A stretch of DNA of 64,000 bases, from positions 140 through 64,139 of the forward strand of contig CAVVNC010000029.1 of assembly GCA_963749525.1 (NCBI GenBank), in the 5' to 3' direction. The notes beneath the pieces were generated by a model. The model had not been told where the DNA came from, made no database searches, and saw only the letters and a list, made by a program, of their open reading frames with translations. Positions 18,952-29,041 of this stretch are shown here, piece after piece. Position numbers and translations under genes: made by a program. How positions within the stretch are numbered: the stretch's first letter is position 1; every line of letters begins with the position of its first letter. The stretch is from an uncultured delta proteobacterium. GTDB taxonomy: Bacteria; Desulfobacterota; Syntrophorhabdia; Syntrophorhabdales; WCHB1-27.

Positions 18952-19021
18952 AGGACCTCCTGAAGGAGAAATAGACTTCAGGAGTCATTCTATCATTAGT
19001 GCTTAATAGATAGCAACTACG

Positions 19022-19892
19022 TATTACAGACCGATATCACGTAGAGCGGTACGAACGAAAAGGCGCCCATCATCGTCATGCCCACCACCAGATTCACTAG
19101 GTTTGCCGCCACGAACGGGGCTGACTCGAGCAGGGCAAGGTCGAGGATCGGCTGGACTGTCCGCCTTTCCTGCCGGAGAAAGAGGGCAGTGAGCGACAGG
19201 CTGACCGAGACGGCGAGCGCGGCAAGAAGGATCGAGCGGGTGGAGAGGCTCTCGCCTGCGAGATTGAGGCCGAACATGAGGAGGAGGAGCGACCCGCTCA
19301 GGAGCCCGACCCCGGCGAAATCGAAAGGGGCACGAGAGGAAGTCCTGGAGTCCTTCAGGAGGAAGCTGCCTGATGCCATCAAGAGAACGCCGATCGGTAC
19401 ATTGATGTAGAAGATGTAGCGCCAGGAATACTGGCTCACGATCCAGCCCCCCAGGTTTGGCCCCAGAACGGCGCCAATACTGAAAATGCTGGAAAACAGG
19501 CCGATGGCAGCCTCTCGGTTCTTGGGGAATTGATCGCTCACGATCCCCGACGCCGTGGGAATAAAGCAGGCGCCTCCGATGCCCTGAAGGAACCTGAAGG
19601 CTATGAGGGCATGGATAGTCGGCGCAAGGCCGCACGCGAGGGAACTGCCGGTGAAGAGCGCGAGAGAGGCGAGGAAGACCTTCTTGCGCCCGTAACTGTC
19701 ACCCAGATTTCCCGCCAGCGGTACGGTCATGGTGACGGCGATGAAAAAGATCGAGATGGTCCATGCAGACCAGAGTACATTCGAATGCAGCTCCCTCGTG
19801 AAGCTGGGGAATGCGACCGCTACCACCGTGGCGTCGATCGCATACATCAGAAGGCTCAGACTGGTGGTAACAAAAACGAGATAAGGGCGCAT
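19022..19892 (-). pseudogene. MFS transporter (DHA-type), N-terminal fragment
   Basis: MRPYLVFVTTSLSLLMYAIDATVVAVAFPS...GDSYGRKKVFL...FRFLQGIGGA are MFS motifs. The ORF runs into the IS and stops 3 codons inside it. Confidence 0.75.
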
Positions 19893-20268
19893 TTCAAGAA
19901 TCCATAGGAGAAAAAGATGGGAAGCTCAGGAAATAGCTTTCCCTTTAATTAACATCATGTGACGCGGCTTTGTAAAAGGAAATATCAGACCCGACATAGT
20001 AAAATGTCACAAAACCCGACAGATTTTTAAATATGCTTTTACCCCTTTTCCCTTGGCTATCCGCGCCGGGACACGTTGTGCAGCCGGTTCCTTCAGGGGA
20101 ATGAGAGATGACCAGTGGCTGCTTTCCGAATTCGCCCTGCCCATGCTCGTTGACTTGAAAACGGGGGTAGAATTAGGAGAGAATAGGTCTGATGCCACCT
20201 TAAAGGGCGCAAGGGGGCAGAACAGACCGATTCGTCCACTTTAGCCATCCAGGGAGGATAGTCGAAAC

Positions 20269-21375
20269 ATGAAGATGAAGGCAGCAGTCTTGAGGGAATT
20301 CAACAAGCCCGTGGTCATTGAGGAGGTCGAGCTCGCACCGCCCAAGGAGAAGGAGGTGCTCGTCAAGACCTCCTTCACGGGTTTTTGCCAGTCCGATCTC
20401 CATTTCCTCAGGGGCAAGGTCAACTTCGGCCTGCCGGGGGTGGTCGGCCATGAGGCGGCAGGGATCGTGGAGGACGTGGGACCCGGTGTCACCTCCGTCA
20501 AGAAGGGAGACCACGTGGTGACCACGTGGATGGTCCCGTGCGGGACCTGTCCCGAGTGCGTGAGCGGTCGTGGGTATATCTGCAGGGCGAGCATCAATAC
20601 ATTCCATGAGGGCGTGCTCCCTGACGGAACCTCCCGGCTGAAGGATTCGAAAGGCCGCCAGCTCGGCCACCAGACGTACGTTTCGGGCTTCGCGGAATAC
20701 ATGGTGGTCCCCGAGAAGGGGGCGGTGAAGGTGAGGGACGATCTGCCGTTGGAGCAGGCCTCCTTTCTCGGCTGCTGCCTTCCCACGGGGTTCGGGGCCG
20801 TATTCAACGGAGCAGGCGTCAAGCCGGGAAACTCCGTGGCCATATGGGGTATGGGGGGCGTCGGGCTCAACGTAGTCCGGGGTGCGAGGCTGAGGTCTGC
20901 CTATCCCATCATCGGCATCGATCTCGAGGGGAGCAAGGAGGCGATCGCGAGGCAGTTCGGGGCCACCCATTTCATCGACAGCAGCAAAGAGGACCCGGTC
21001 CCCCTCGTGAAAGAGCTCACCGGAGGCGGCGCCGACTACACCTTCGAGGTCATCGGCGATCCCGGTGCTGTTCTCCAGGCATTGTGGGCAATAAGCCTCG
21101 GGGGCAAACACATCCAGATCGGCATCTGCCCCCCGGATCAGATGGTGGGGATACCGCTCACCTTTCTCACCGCCCACTGCAACTCGATCGTGGGCACCCA
21201 GTACGGCATGATTCAGACAGACCGGGACATACCGGCGTTCGCGGATATGGCAATGAGGGGAGACCTTCTCCTCGACAAGCTCGTCACGAAGATGTTCAAG
21301 GTCGAGGAGATCAACGACGTCGCAGAGGCCATGAAAGCGCGCCAGATCAAGGGACGCTGGGTCTGCGAATGGTAA
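20269..21375 (+). CDS. zinc-dependent alcohol dehydrogenase family protein (class III-like)
   Basis: RBS GGGAGGA. CQSDLHFL...GHEAAGIVEDVGPGV...CGTCPECVSG (structural Zn Cys cluster)...GMGGVGLN (NAD fold). Confidence 0.85.
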   Translation: MKMKAAVLREFNKPVVIEEVELAPPKEKEVLVKTSFTGFCQSDLHFLRGKVNFGLPGVVGHEAAGIVEDVGPGVTSVKKGDHVVTTWMVPCGTCPECVSGRGYICRASINTFHEGVLPDGTSRLKDSKGRQLGHQTYVSGFAEYMVVPEKGAVKVRDDLPLEQASFLGCCLPTGFGAVFNGAGVKPGNSVAIWGMGGVGLNVVRGARLRSAYPIIGIDLEGSKEAIARQFGATHFIDSSKEDPVPLVKELTGGGADYTFEVIGDPGAVLQALWAISLGGKHIQIGICPPDQMVGIPLTFLTAHCNSIVGTQYGMIQTDRDIPAFADMAMRGDLLLDKLVTKMFKVEEINDVAEAMKARQIKGRWVCEW

Positions 21376-21558
21376 AGGACAAAGGAGGTTTAGGGGCTGA
21401 CACGGGAGAGGGTCTGCGCGGCCCTCACCTGGGGGCTACTTGAAGGGCCGGACAATGGATGAAGGGAAAAGACGCGAACATACTGACATCACAAGGGAAG
21501 ACAGAACAGGTTGCGTAACCGGTAAAAAGCGGGCGCAACGGATAGGTAAGGAGGTCAT

Positions 21559-22605
21559 ATGGAATCGATGAGATTGGGCAGAACCAACATGACGGTCTCC
21601 AGGTTGGGGTTTGGAGGCATTCCCATTCAGAGACTGCCCGAAGAGGAGGCCGTGGCCGTGGTGAAGAGGTGCCTTGACCTTGGGATCACCTTTCTCGACA
21701 CGGCGAATGGCTACACCACGAGCGAGGAGCGCATCGGCAAAGCCATCGCCGGGCGCCGGCGCCAGGTCATATTGGCGACCAAGTCGGGAGCCCGCAATCG
21801 GGAGGATCTTGCGAAACACTTGAAATTGAGCCTGAAACGCCTCGGTGCCGATTACATTGACCTCTATCAGTTCCACGGGGTCAATGATTTCAAATCCCTC
21901 GACGGAGTGCTCGCGCCCGACGGTCTCATGCCGATCGTGAAGGAGGCAAAAGAGGCGGGCCTCATCCGGCACATTGGCATCACCTCGCACCAGATCGATG
22001 TGGCAAAGAAAGCCGTGCAATCGGATCGCTTCGAGACGGTCATGTTTCCCTTTAACTTCCTGACCCCCGAAGCCTCGGACGAGCTTTTTCCCCTGTGCCG
22101 CCAACATGACGTAGGCTTCATCGACATGAAGCCCATGGCGGGCGGGATGGTCGATAATGCCTCAATAGCCATCAAGTTTCTCCGAAAATTCCCGGAAGTT
22201 GTTATGATTCCGGGCATAGAGAAAATAGGGGAAATAGAAGAGATAGCAGCCATTCTCGAAGGCCCGATCGAGATGACCGAGGCTGAGTTGAGGGAAATGG
22301 ACAGGATAAAGAAGGAGCTCGGCACGAGGTTCTGCCACCGCTGTGACTATTGCCAGCCTTGCCAGTCCCAGATTCCGATCTCCACGGTCCTGGCAGCCGG
22401 AAGCTTTTACAGGCGTCTCCCTCCTGAAGGGTTTTTCGGCAGCTTCGTGGCCCCGGCGATGGCGAAGGCGAAGGACTGTCTCGATTGCGGCGAATGCGAG
22501 GAGCGGTGTCCCTACAATCTCCCCATCAGAGAAATGATAAAGGAGCAAGCCGAATGGTATGCCCAGATAAAGCGGGAATATGAGGAAAGGGTAGGCCGCC
22601 GATAG
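21559..22605 (+). CDS. aldo/keto reductase with C-terminal 4Fe-4S-binding extension
   Basis: RBS AAGGAGG. The AKR N-terminus LGRTNMTVSRLGFGG...FLDTANGY is followed by the C-terminal motifs CHRCDYCQPC and CLDCGECEERCP. Confidence 0.8.
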   Translation: MESMRLGRTNMTVSRLGFGGIPIQRLPEEEAVAVVKRCLDLGITFLDTANGYTTSEERIGKAIAGRRRQVILATKSGARNREDLAKHLKLSLKRLGADYIDLYQFHGVNDFKSLDGVLAPDGLMPIVKEAKEAGLIRHIGITSHQIDVAKKAVQSDRFETVMFPFNFLTPEASDELFPLCRQHDVGFIDMKPMAGGMVDNASIAIKFLRKFPEVVMIPGIEKIGEIEEIAAILEGPIEMTEAELREMDRIKKELGTRFCHRCDYCQPCQSQIPISTVLAAGSFYRRLPPEGFFGSFVAPAMAKAKDCLDCGECEERCPYNLPIREMIKEQAEWYAQIKREYEERVGRR

Positions 22606-22742
22606 ATCCTGCGCACGTGAGCTTAAGGAAGGGGGCGAAGCCGTCCGCTTTAGGCGATCAGGCTAACCCCTTTCCCGGTGCCTTGCCGTTACCGGACCTC
22701 ATCGGTACCTAAGGCAACCGATCCCCACGTTTAAAAGGCCAA

Positions 22743-24920
22743 TCAGGTCTTCACGACCCGGCAGAGGAGCGCCGTGTGAGGCCAGCTGCCGATCTCAGGG
22801 CTGCAGAATTCGGGTCCGTCAGGACAGAGGAGATTGGCATTCGATTCGAACACGCTGAAGAGGCTCGGCTCGGCCTCTGACGTTTCCGGGAACCACCATC
22901 CATGGTCCGCGTCGGCCATGCGGGGATCGATTGTGTCGGAGATGTTGAGGCGCATGCGGGCGCTTCCCAGGGGGGTCTCCACCTTTACCCAGTCACCTTG
23001 GGCCAGGCTTAAGCCCCTGGCGGTCTCGGGGTGAAGAGTCACGAGCGGGTCGGGCCTCCTTTTTCTCGCTCCCTCGATCTGCCTCTGCTCCGAGTGGTAC
23101 ATCGGCATGAACCGGCTCCCTGTAATGAGAACGAGGGGAAAAGCCTCTGCCAGCTCTGGGTCGCCCGCGGGACTGTGCGCCATCTCGCGGTATACGGGAA
23201 GGGGCTCGCAGCCCAAAGCCTCGAACGTGGTCGACCGCAGCTCCACTTTGCCCGAAGGGGTGCCGAAGCCGTATTTCCTGTACCGTTCGAATTCAGGCTT
23301 CCCGAAGAGGCCGTTCCGTTCGAGGAGCCGATCGAACGTCAGGCCCACAGGCGCTAGTCTGTAGTCCCACACCTCGTCGACGGACTCCCATGGCCACTCA
23401 TCGGCCTGCCCGAGGCGGACGGCCAGACCGCGCCAGAAGTCATACGTGTTGCGACGCTCGTAAAGGGGCTCGATCCCCCTGGGGCAGGCCACGCAGAAGG
23501 AGCCCGTGAGCCAGAGCTCGGTCGTCTCTACGGTCGAGCAGATAGGAAAGACGTAATCCGCGAGGGCTGCCGAGGGAGTCAGATAGTATTCACCGACGGC
23601 ATAGATATCCAGGCTCTTCAGCGCCTCGTACGTGCGCCGCGCATTGGCGAGGGAGAGGAGCGGATTGCTCGCCACGGAAATGGCTGCGGAGACCGGATAG
23701 GGCTTGCCGGTGATCATGGCTTCGAAGACCGACCGCGCGTGGGCCGTGCACGTCATGTCGGCATTGGGCGGATGCATGTACTCGTGGGGCAGGCGGCGGT
23801 TTGCCTCCTCGTTCCTCGACCAGCCGGGGAAACCGAAAAAGGGATAGAGGTCCGCGCCCAGTTGTTTGGCGCGCTGCTGGCGCGATATGGCGTCGTTGCG
23901 CTGCATGTCCTCATCGGCCACGATCCTTCCGACGGGATCATTGCAGCCGAGCGTCTCCCCGCCGGGAATGTCCAGATTGCCCGTGAGGGCCTTCAGGCAG
24001 CTTCTCGCCCTCGCTGCCTGGGTGGCATTGACGCCCTGCTTGTCCAGGCCGAAGCCCCATGTGATGACCGCGGGCTTTGTCGCGCCGTAGCAGCGGGCCG
24101 AATCGACCACCGCTTGAGAAGTGAGCCACGTGATCTCCGCTACCCTCTCCGGCGTGTACGGAGCGGCCGCAGCCTTGAGATCCTCGAATCCCACGGTCCA
24201 GCTCGCCACGAAATCGCGGTCGTAGAGCCCTTCTTCGATGATGACCCGTATCCAGCCGAGCATAAGCGCCACGTCTGTGCCGGGCCTTATGGGCAGCCAC
24301 ATGTCGGCGTTTTCCGCCTCGGCAATGCGGCGAGGGTCGACGACGATGAGCTTTGCGCCGTTCTTTTTTGCCCGGAGGATCATGGGATAAAGGCCGATGG
24401 GGTCCGATTCCGAGGGACCGTGCCCCCAAAGGACGACACACTTGGTGTGCATCACGTCGCCCCACGTAAAGCCACCGTAAGTTGCGTATTCGACGGCCTG
24501 GCTTGGGCACATGCAGACGTTGTTTGCGCCGCACACGTTCGGCGACCCGAAAAGGTTGAAGAACCTGCGCTCGTCCCAATGATAGGTTCGTCTCGTGCCG
24601 TGGGTGAAGGCCAGGGTCTCCGCCCCGTGCTTCCCGCGAAGAGCTTCGAGCTTCTCCGCCACTTCGTCGAGGGCCTGGTCCCAGGTGAGGCGCTGCCATT
24701 TTCCGGAACCCCTTTCCCCCTGACGTTTCATGGGGTAATTGATCCTGTCCGGGTGATGAACGTGCTCGGCCATCAAAGCCCCTCGGGCGCAGATCCCACC
24801 CCTCGTTATGGGATGTTCCGGGTCCCCCTTGACCCTGACGATCCTGCCGTCTTCCACTTCGAGAAGGAGACCGCATTGGGGGTGGCACAAGCCGCAGTAG
24901 GATCGTCTCTTCTTAACCAT
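22743..24920 (-). CDS. cytoplasmic molybdopterin-dependent oxidoreductase (DMSO-reductase superfamily, substrate unknown)
   Basis: 725-aa intact ORF. The N-terminal 4Fe-4S motif is CGLCHPQCG...ICARG. There is no twin-arginine signal. A C-terminal MopB-CT-like region is present (GDWVKVETPLGSARMRL). Confidence 0.8.
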   Translation of the reverse strand: MVKKRRSYCGLCHPQCGLLLEVEDGRIVRVKGDPEHPITRGGICARGALMAEHVHHPDRINYPMKRQGERGSGKWQRLTWDQALDEVAEKLEALRGKHGAETLAFTHGTRRTYHWDERRFFNLFGSPNVCGANNVCMCPSQAVEYATYGGFTWGDVMHTKCVVLWGHGPSESDPIGLYPMILRAKKNGAKLIVVDPRRIAEAENADMWLPIRPGTDVALMLGWIRVIIEEGLYDRDFVASWTVGFEDLKAAAAPYTPERVAEITWLTSQAVVDSARCYGATKPAVITWGFGLDKQGVNATQAARARSCLKALTGNLDIPGGETLGCNDPVGRIVADEDMQRNDAISRQQRAKQLGADLYPFFGFPGWSRNEEANRRLPHEYMHPPNADMTCTAHARSVFEAMITGKPYPVSAAISVASNPLLSLANARRTYEALKSLDIYAVGEYYLTPSAALADYVFPICSTVETTELWLTGSFCVACPRGIEPLYERRNTYDFWRGLAVRLGQADEWPWESVDEVWDYRLAPVGLTFDRLLERNGLFGKPEFERYRKYGFGTPSGKVELRSTTFEALGCEPLPVYREMAHSPAGDPELAEAFPLVLITGSRFMPMYHSEQRQIEGARKRRPDPLVTLHPETARGLSLAQGDWVKVETPLGSARMRLNISDTIDPRMADADHGWWFPETSEAEPSLFSVFESNANLLCPDGPEFCSPEIGSWPHTALLCRVVKT

Positions 24921-25140
24921 GGCAGAACCCTCCTATTCTTGAGAATCAGGAACGCCGGGCAAAGGCACTCGATCCAGCGGACGAACGGTAAAGCCTGAAA
25001 TGGCGCCCCTTAAGACCAGTGTAGCAGCATGCCGTGGCAGATTCTACAGATTTCCTCGAAGCTGCAAGCAAGGCCCAGTGTCGTGTCAGGCTTGTAAGTT
25101 CGGCCCGACGTAGCGGGGCAGGCGGAGCGATTCTTGGGCG

Positions 25141-25416
25141 GAAAGAAAAGGCTTCGGGTAGACATGCAGGTCGGGCCAACCGCATGTCCAGAATCGCACC
25201 GCCCCCTGACCGCTGCCCTACCGGCCTCGGACATACGCGAGTATTATCCTCGGCAAGCACGGCTCAGATGGCATCCACATCTCAGCTATTATTGGGGCTC
25301 AGCGCCCCCTCCGACAGCATAAGCCGCCGGAGCCTCCCCCCTCAGACTCGCTTACGCTCGTGCGTGCCGCCGGGTCTATCAGCCGACTGACCCCGGCGAT
25401 GAAAAAGCAACATCCC
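25141..25416 (+). repeat. interspersed intergenic repeat, copy B (W, partial X lacking hairpin 2, Y, tail)
   Basis: It aligns with copy A: aaaaggcttcgggtagacatgca..., atcgcaccgccccctgacc, ggcctcgga.atac, ggggctcagcgccccctcc, cgggtctatcagccgac.gaccc.ggcgatgaaaa.gcaacatcc. Confidence 0.7.
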
Positions 25417-25649
25417 AAGCATGCCCAGGAACAATCGTGCGAACGGCCTCTTCTGCCGAACAAGCTACCGGCAGCTACCGTCCGCTTACTCCAGGCCTAC
25501 TTCCTTATTTATTCCAGTCAAGAGTTTTCTTCTCAGTTTTTAGGCACCGTCGGTTTTTCGTGGTAGGCGGGGTTCCCCATCATACTGCAACATCCTACCC
25601 GACCCTTATATTTGAAAGCCGCCCTGATAGCGCTTTTACCTTGCTTAAT

Positions 25650-27340
25650 TGGGGTTAGGATGTTGACGGGGAGTCATGTATTCTGAAATGGGAGGTCGCA
25701 TACGCGCCTCAATGGAAGAAAACGATGATCCCCCCGTCTACCGTGATCATACCTTACGCAGCCTTTTTTATCATCCTCCTTTTCGGCGGGCTGTACACTC
25801 CCGCGTAATCCCTGTCATCCCTCATAATCGCGTGGATGATGCACAAGAGTTTCCTTGATACGGCGACGAGCGCCCTCATCCGCACCATGCCTCTGCCGGT
25901 AAGCCTCTCGTAGTAGTCGTGCATGATACCGTTGTTCCTGACCATAAGCACAGCGGCATAGTAGAGGATCTTTCGCATAAGGCTCCGTCCCCTTTTGGAT
26001 ATCCTCCGCTGTCCTTTTCTCTTTCCCGAGCTCACTTCATAGAGATCGAGGCCGGCAAGCTTCATGATTTCCGACTGGGTCTTGAACTTTGAGAAATCCC
26101 CCACCTCACCAATCAAACCGGCAACAGAGACGACGCCCAACCCTTTTATTGAGAGAAGTCTCATACTGCATGGTATGCGTTCCAGCGTCAGCGCCATCTC
26201 CGCTTCAATCTCGGCGATGAAGCGGTCGATGGCATCGAGTTGAGCAATGATGTGCCTTATGTCCAGGGCGACTCCCGGCACTCCTTCTTTTATACCTACT
26301 GTTCCCCGTGCAAGATTAATCAAGAGTTCCGCATCCTTTATGCCGAGCTTACCCATGCTCCGCCTGCGCATCTCTTCGCCAAACTGTCCCTTATCGAGGG
26401 TCCTTATCGTATCCGGCGTCGTATACTTGTTCAAAATCAATCGAACAGTTTTGCCCCTCATTTTCTTGATGACCTGCTTGAACTCGGGGAAAATGATGAA
26501 GACGAGTTGCTGCATTTGATTAAGCAACGCTGTTCGCTCACACACGTGTCGCTCCCTCGCGTTGTTGAGCCTTCGGAGATAGGCGGCCTCACCTTCTGGA
26601 ATGACTATCGTTAACGCACGGCCAAGCCGTATGACGTCGGCGATCACCCGGGGATCCTTGTCGTCCGTCTTGCCCGGAGAATTGTCGTTCACCTCTTTCA
26701 GCCTCTTCGTATGCATCGGGTTCACCTGGACGATCTTTACTGGCTTATCCGTGAGGTAATGAACGAGAGGCTCGGCGTAGGGGCCGGTCGATTCGTAGCC
26801 GACGATCACCTCGTCACAGTGAAACCTGGTCTTGCTCGCCGCAATGAGGCTCCAGAACTTATCGAATCCTTCCCGCGTGTTGCCGAACTTGAAGACCTTT
26901 ATATCCCTGCCATCTATAGTAGTGCAATACCCTGTATTCATGGTCATACCGATGTCGACCGTCGCAATCAGCGTGCCTTCCTTCATCGTCCTTATTCTCT
27001 TCGCCCTCAGTCCTCTCATCGTAGGTCTCCTCCACTGGATTATCAGGAATAAATGAGCTGCAATGAAGGAGGATATCCTTACTCGTTCGGATGACTCAAC
27101 CATCAACTGCAATATAGCAAGCTGAAATTCTCATCTGAAGGTTGCATCTCGCAATACTCGCTTTCCCGCGGCAATCGTGGTATAATAGATGTGGTCCGCT
27201 GGTGACTATCACCAACCAACCTACGTCCAATCAATTCTGCGTATTTCTGAAAAGCCGCACCGAGGCTCGGGGTTGTCCGCTGGTAAACCCCCTAACAAAG
27301 GACCGAGTGCCGTTGTGGGCTTGCGAACGGCCACCTCGCA
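25650..27340 (-). mobile_element. IS110-family element (boundaries not determined)
   Basis: It contains the DEDD transposase gene plus about 0.3 kb of non-coding sequence 5' of it and about 0.1-0.3 kb 3' of it. IS110 elements lack clear terminal IRs, so the ends cannot be set from one copy. Confidence 0.45.
25754..27019 (-). CDS. IS110-family (DEDD) transposase/recombinase
   Basis: Start ATG 27019 lies 7 nt after GGAGGAG. IATVDIGMTMNTG, VGYESTGPY and DDKDPRVIAD form the DEDD RuvC-like N-domain. LLSIKGLGVVSVAGLIGEVGDFSKF...ISKRGRSLMRK is the Transposase_20 C-domain. Confidence 0.85.
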   Translation of the reverse strand: MRGLRAKRIRTMKEGTLIATVDIGMTMNTGYCTTIDGRDIKVFKFGNTREGFDKFWSLIAASKTRFHCDEVIVGYESTGPYAEPLVHYLTDKPVKIVQVNPMHTKRLKEVNDNSPGKTDDKDPRVIADVIRLGRALTIVIPEGEAAYLRRLNNARERHVCERTALLNQMQQLVFIIFPEFKQVIKKMRGKTVRLILNKYTTPDTIRTLDKGQFGEEMRRRSMGKLGIKDAELLINLARGTVGIKEGVPGVALDIRHIIAQLDAIDRFIAEIEAEMALTLERIPCSMRLLSIKGLGVVSVAGLIGEVGDFSKFKTQSEIMKLAGLDLYEVSSGKRKGQRRISKRGRSLMRKILYYAAVLMVRNNGIMHDYYERLTGRGMVRMRALVAVSRKLLCIIHAIMRDDRDYAGVYSPPKRRMIKKAA

Positions 27341-27394
27341 TAGTGGTCGTGGATAACGATGCCACACAATGGAACCGGAGAAGGAGTCTCAGAT

Positions 27395-27691
27395 ATGGAA
27401 AACAGCACGGGTGCAAAAAGTTTCAACGGCCAATTTGTCCAGAGTAGGAGATTCATACGTGTGAAAGAAAAGCCCTTCCGCTCGAAGAACTACCTCGACT
27501 TCTTAGCTCACTATGATGCGGAGTTAGTGCAGATCGATGGGCTCACAACCGTCGCTCGGTGCAAAACCGGCATTGAATTGCCCTTGGAGCAGAAGGGCAA
27601 ACGACTAATGGTGACGCTACTGCTTGATGAATTCAGGACCATCGCTGGGGCCAACGAAGCGATAGGGAACTACAAAGCCTCACACTCTTGA
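27395..27691 (+). CDS. hypothetical protein (98 aa)
   Basis: ATG 27395 lies 9 nt after GGAGAAGGAG. GC is lower than the surroundings. I recognise no family. Confidence 0.35.
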   Translation: MENSTGAKSFNGQFVQSRRFIRVKEKPFRSKNYLDFLAHYDAELVQIDGLTTVARCKTGIELPLEQKGKRLMVTLLLDEFRTIAGANEAIGNYKASHS

Positions 27692-28015
27692 GTCTTTCTT
27701 CAAACCGGAGAAACGGGGGAGAATAGGCGCGCGTTACACAAACGAGATGTTGGTCGGCCCTTGCCGCCGCACTTCCTCCCTTGGAGGGCCTTTGGGCCGT
27801 TTCTTGCTGCGACGCTCCTTTCACCGGCTTCGATCCGGAGCGTCATCTATCAGCCCCGTTACGGGAAGGGATAATCAACTGCCGTTGAGCCACCGTAGTG
27901 GCATATTATCCGGGCGCGCAAACGAAATCGCTGGACAACCACACATCTCTTCAGTTTTTCGAGGGAAAGCGATTCGTGACCCGGGACATGATACAGGCCA
28001 GCCTTGTGCCTAAAA

Positions 28016-28044
28016 CATAAAGGCCCCGAGAAGGGGCCTTTATG
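28016..28044 (-). terminator. Rho-independent terminator downstream of the csp gene
   Basis: A 12-bp perfect stem (cataaaggcccc / ggggcctttatg) with loop gagaa. On the minus strand it is followed by TTTTA (28011-28015). It lies 18 nt after the csp stop. Confidence 0.6.
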
Positions 28045-28061
28045 TGTATTCAGATGATAAC

Positions 28062-28262
28062 TTAGGCTGTTACGACGTTTGTGGCTCTTGGGCCTTTTGG
28101 CGTCGTTTCGACGTCAAATGTGACCGCCTGACCTTCAGACAAAGACTTAAAGCCGTTGCCGCTGATCGATGTATGATGGACGAAAACATCGTCGCCGTCT
28201 TCCCGGGCGATAAACCCAAAGCCTTTGGACTCGTTAAACCATTTTACGGTTCCTTTTGTCAT
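28062..28262 (-). CDS. cold-shock protein (CspA family)
   Basis: [33 protein letters not shown] carries the RNP1/RNP2 motifs. RBS AAAGGAGG. The track ORF is extended upstream artificially. Confidence 0.9.
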   Translation of the reverse strand: MTKGTVKWFNESKGFGFIAREDGDDVFVHHTSISGNGFKSLSEGQAVTFDVETTPKGPRATNVVTA

Positions 28263-28375
28263 GCTTGAATACCTCCTTTCATAGATTGAAAGGTTACGAA
28301 ACGCAATAAAAAAAGCCACAAAGCTCAAGAGTCTTTGCGGCCTTCAGTACGGCAAAAACGTAAACTTTATGGTGT

Positions 28376-28404
28376 ATTATCTCATAACAGCCGGGGAAAG
28401 TCAA
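28376..28404 (-). promoter_or_regulatory. candidate sigma70 promoter of csp (TTGACT-17-GATAAT) giving a 5' UTR of about 105 nt
   Basis: On the minus strand: cTTGACTttccccggctgttatgaGATAATac. Long 5' UTRs are typical of cspA-type genes. Confidence 0.5.
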
Positions 28405-28482
28405 GCGGTCTAGCCGACTACCGGGGGCACACCAAAGTGGTGTCTGTCGTTCGGCCTTTCAGGACTTTGCACCCCACGGTCC

Positions 28483-28663
28483 GGAGGGCATCTTCCATGT
28501 AGAGAAGTATCAGCAATTTCATCAGATATGCCCATCATCATGTGTACTGGCTTTAGCCATGTGGTGAATGCAGATGGGGCCACGGCCGTACGCGTCAGGG
28601 CCTTATGAAACCTTTGACGAAGCGGGACATTGCAAGGACGATCAGACGAGTGCTCGACGAGTA
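28483..28663 (+). pseudogene. remnant of a response-regulator receiver domain (3' fragment, internally frameshifted)
   Basis: The translation ...SSDMPIIMCTGFSHVVNADGATAVRV, then (+1 frame) GLMKPLTKRDIARTIRRVLDE*, resembles beta4-alpha4-beta5-alpha5 of a receiver domain. No N-terminal part or start codon is present. Confidence 0.35.
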
Positions 28664-29041
28664 AAGTCGGTTGCACCTTTCCTCTGGCAATCGATAGAAT
28701 GGCCGGGCTCTCTTCATTCAAGCTTCGTTAGGTGTTCTCGTTTACCGACATGCTGATCTGATCGTTCCCTAATCATCGACCACTCGAACAATCTGTTCTT
28801 CCATCATTACGCATCACAATAGATGCCTCTATTAGGTCGTAGCCCGCGCGGGCGCGTGGGTTGAAAGAGGCATGATGGACTACTATACTTTTTCCAGAAG
28901 CACGCGTCATTACGCGGAATGTTTGGCGCGCTGCGCGCGCCTCGTTCAATGATCGAGAAAACATATTCGAACGTCAATGCCGGTGCCAGGACAAACACAG
29001 TGTTGTCAATCTCGACACTATTTCTTCAGGGGGGGAGTCAC

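Larger units (their letters stand above)
17895..19021 (-). mobile_element. IS630-family insertion sequence (about 1.13 kb) inside an MFS transporter gene
   Basis: Imperfect terminal inverted repeats: AGTTGCCATCTTAATACCACTTATGAT at about 17900-17927 vs the reverse complement of about 18988-19014, AGTTGCTATCTATTAAGCACTAATGAT. TA dinucleotides flank both ends (17893-94 and 19022-23). There are two transposase ORFs. Exact ends are uncertain by about 2 nt. Confidence 0.8.
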
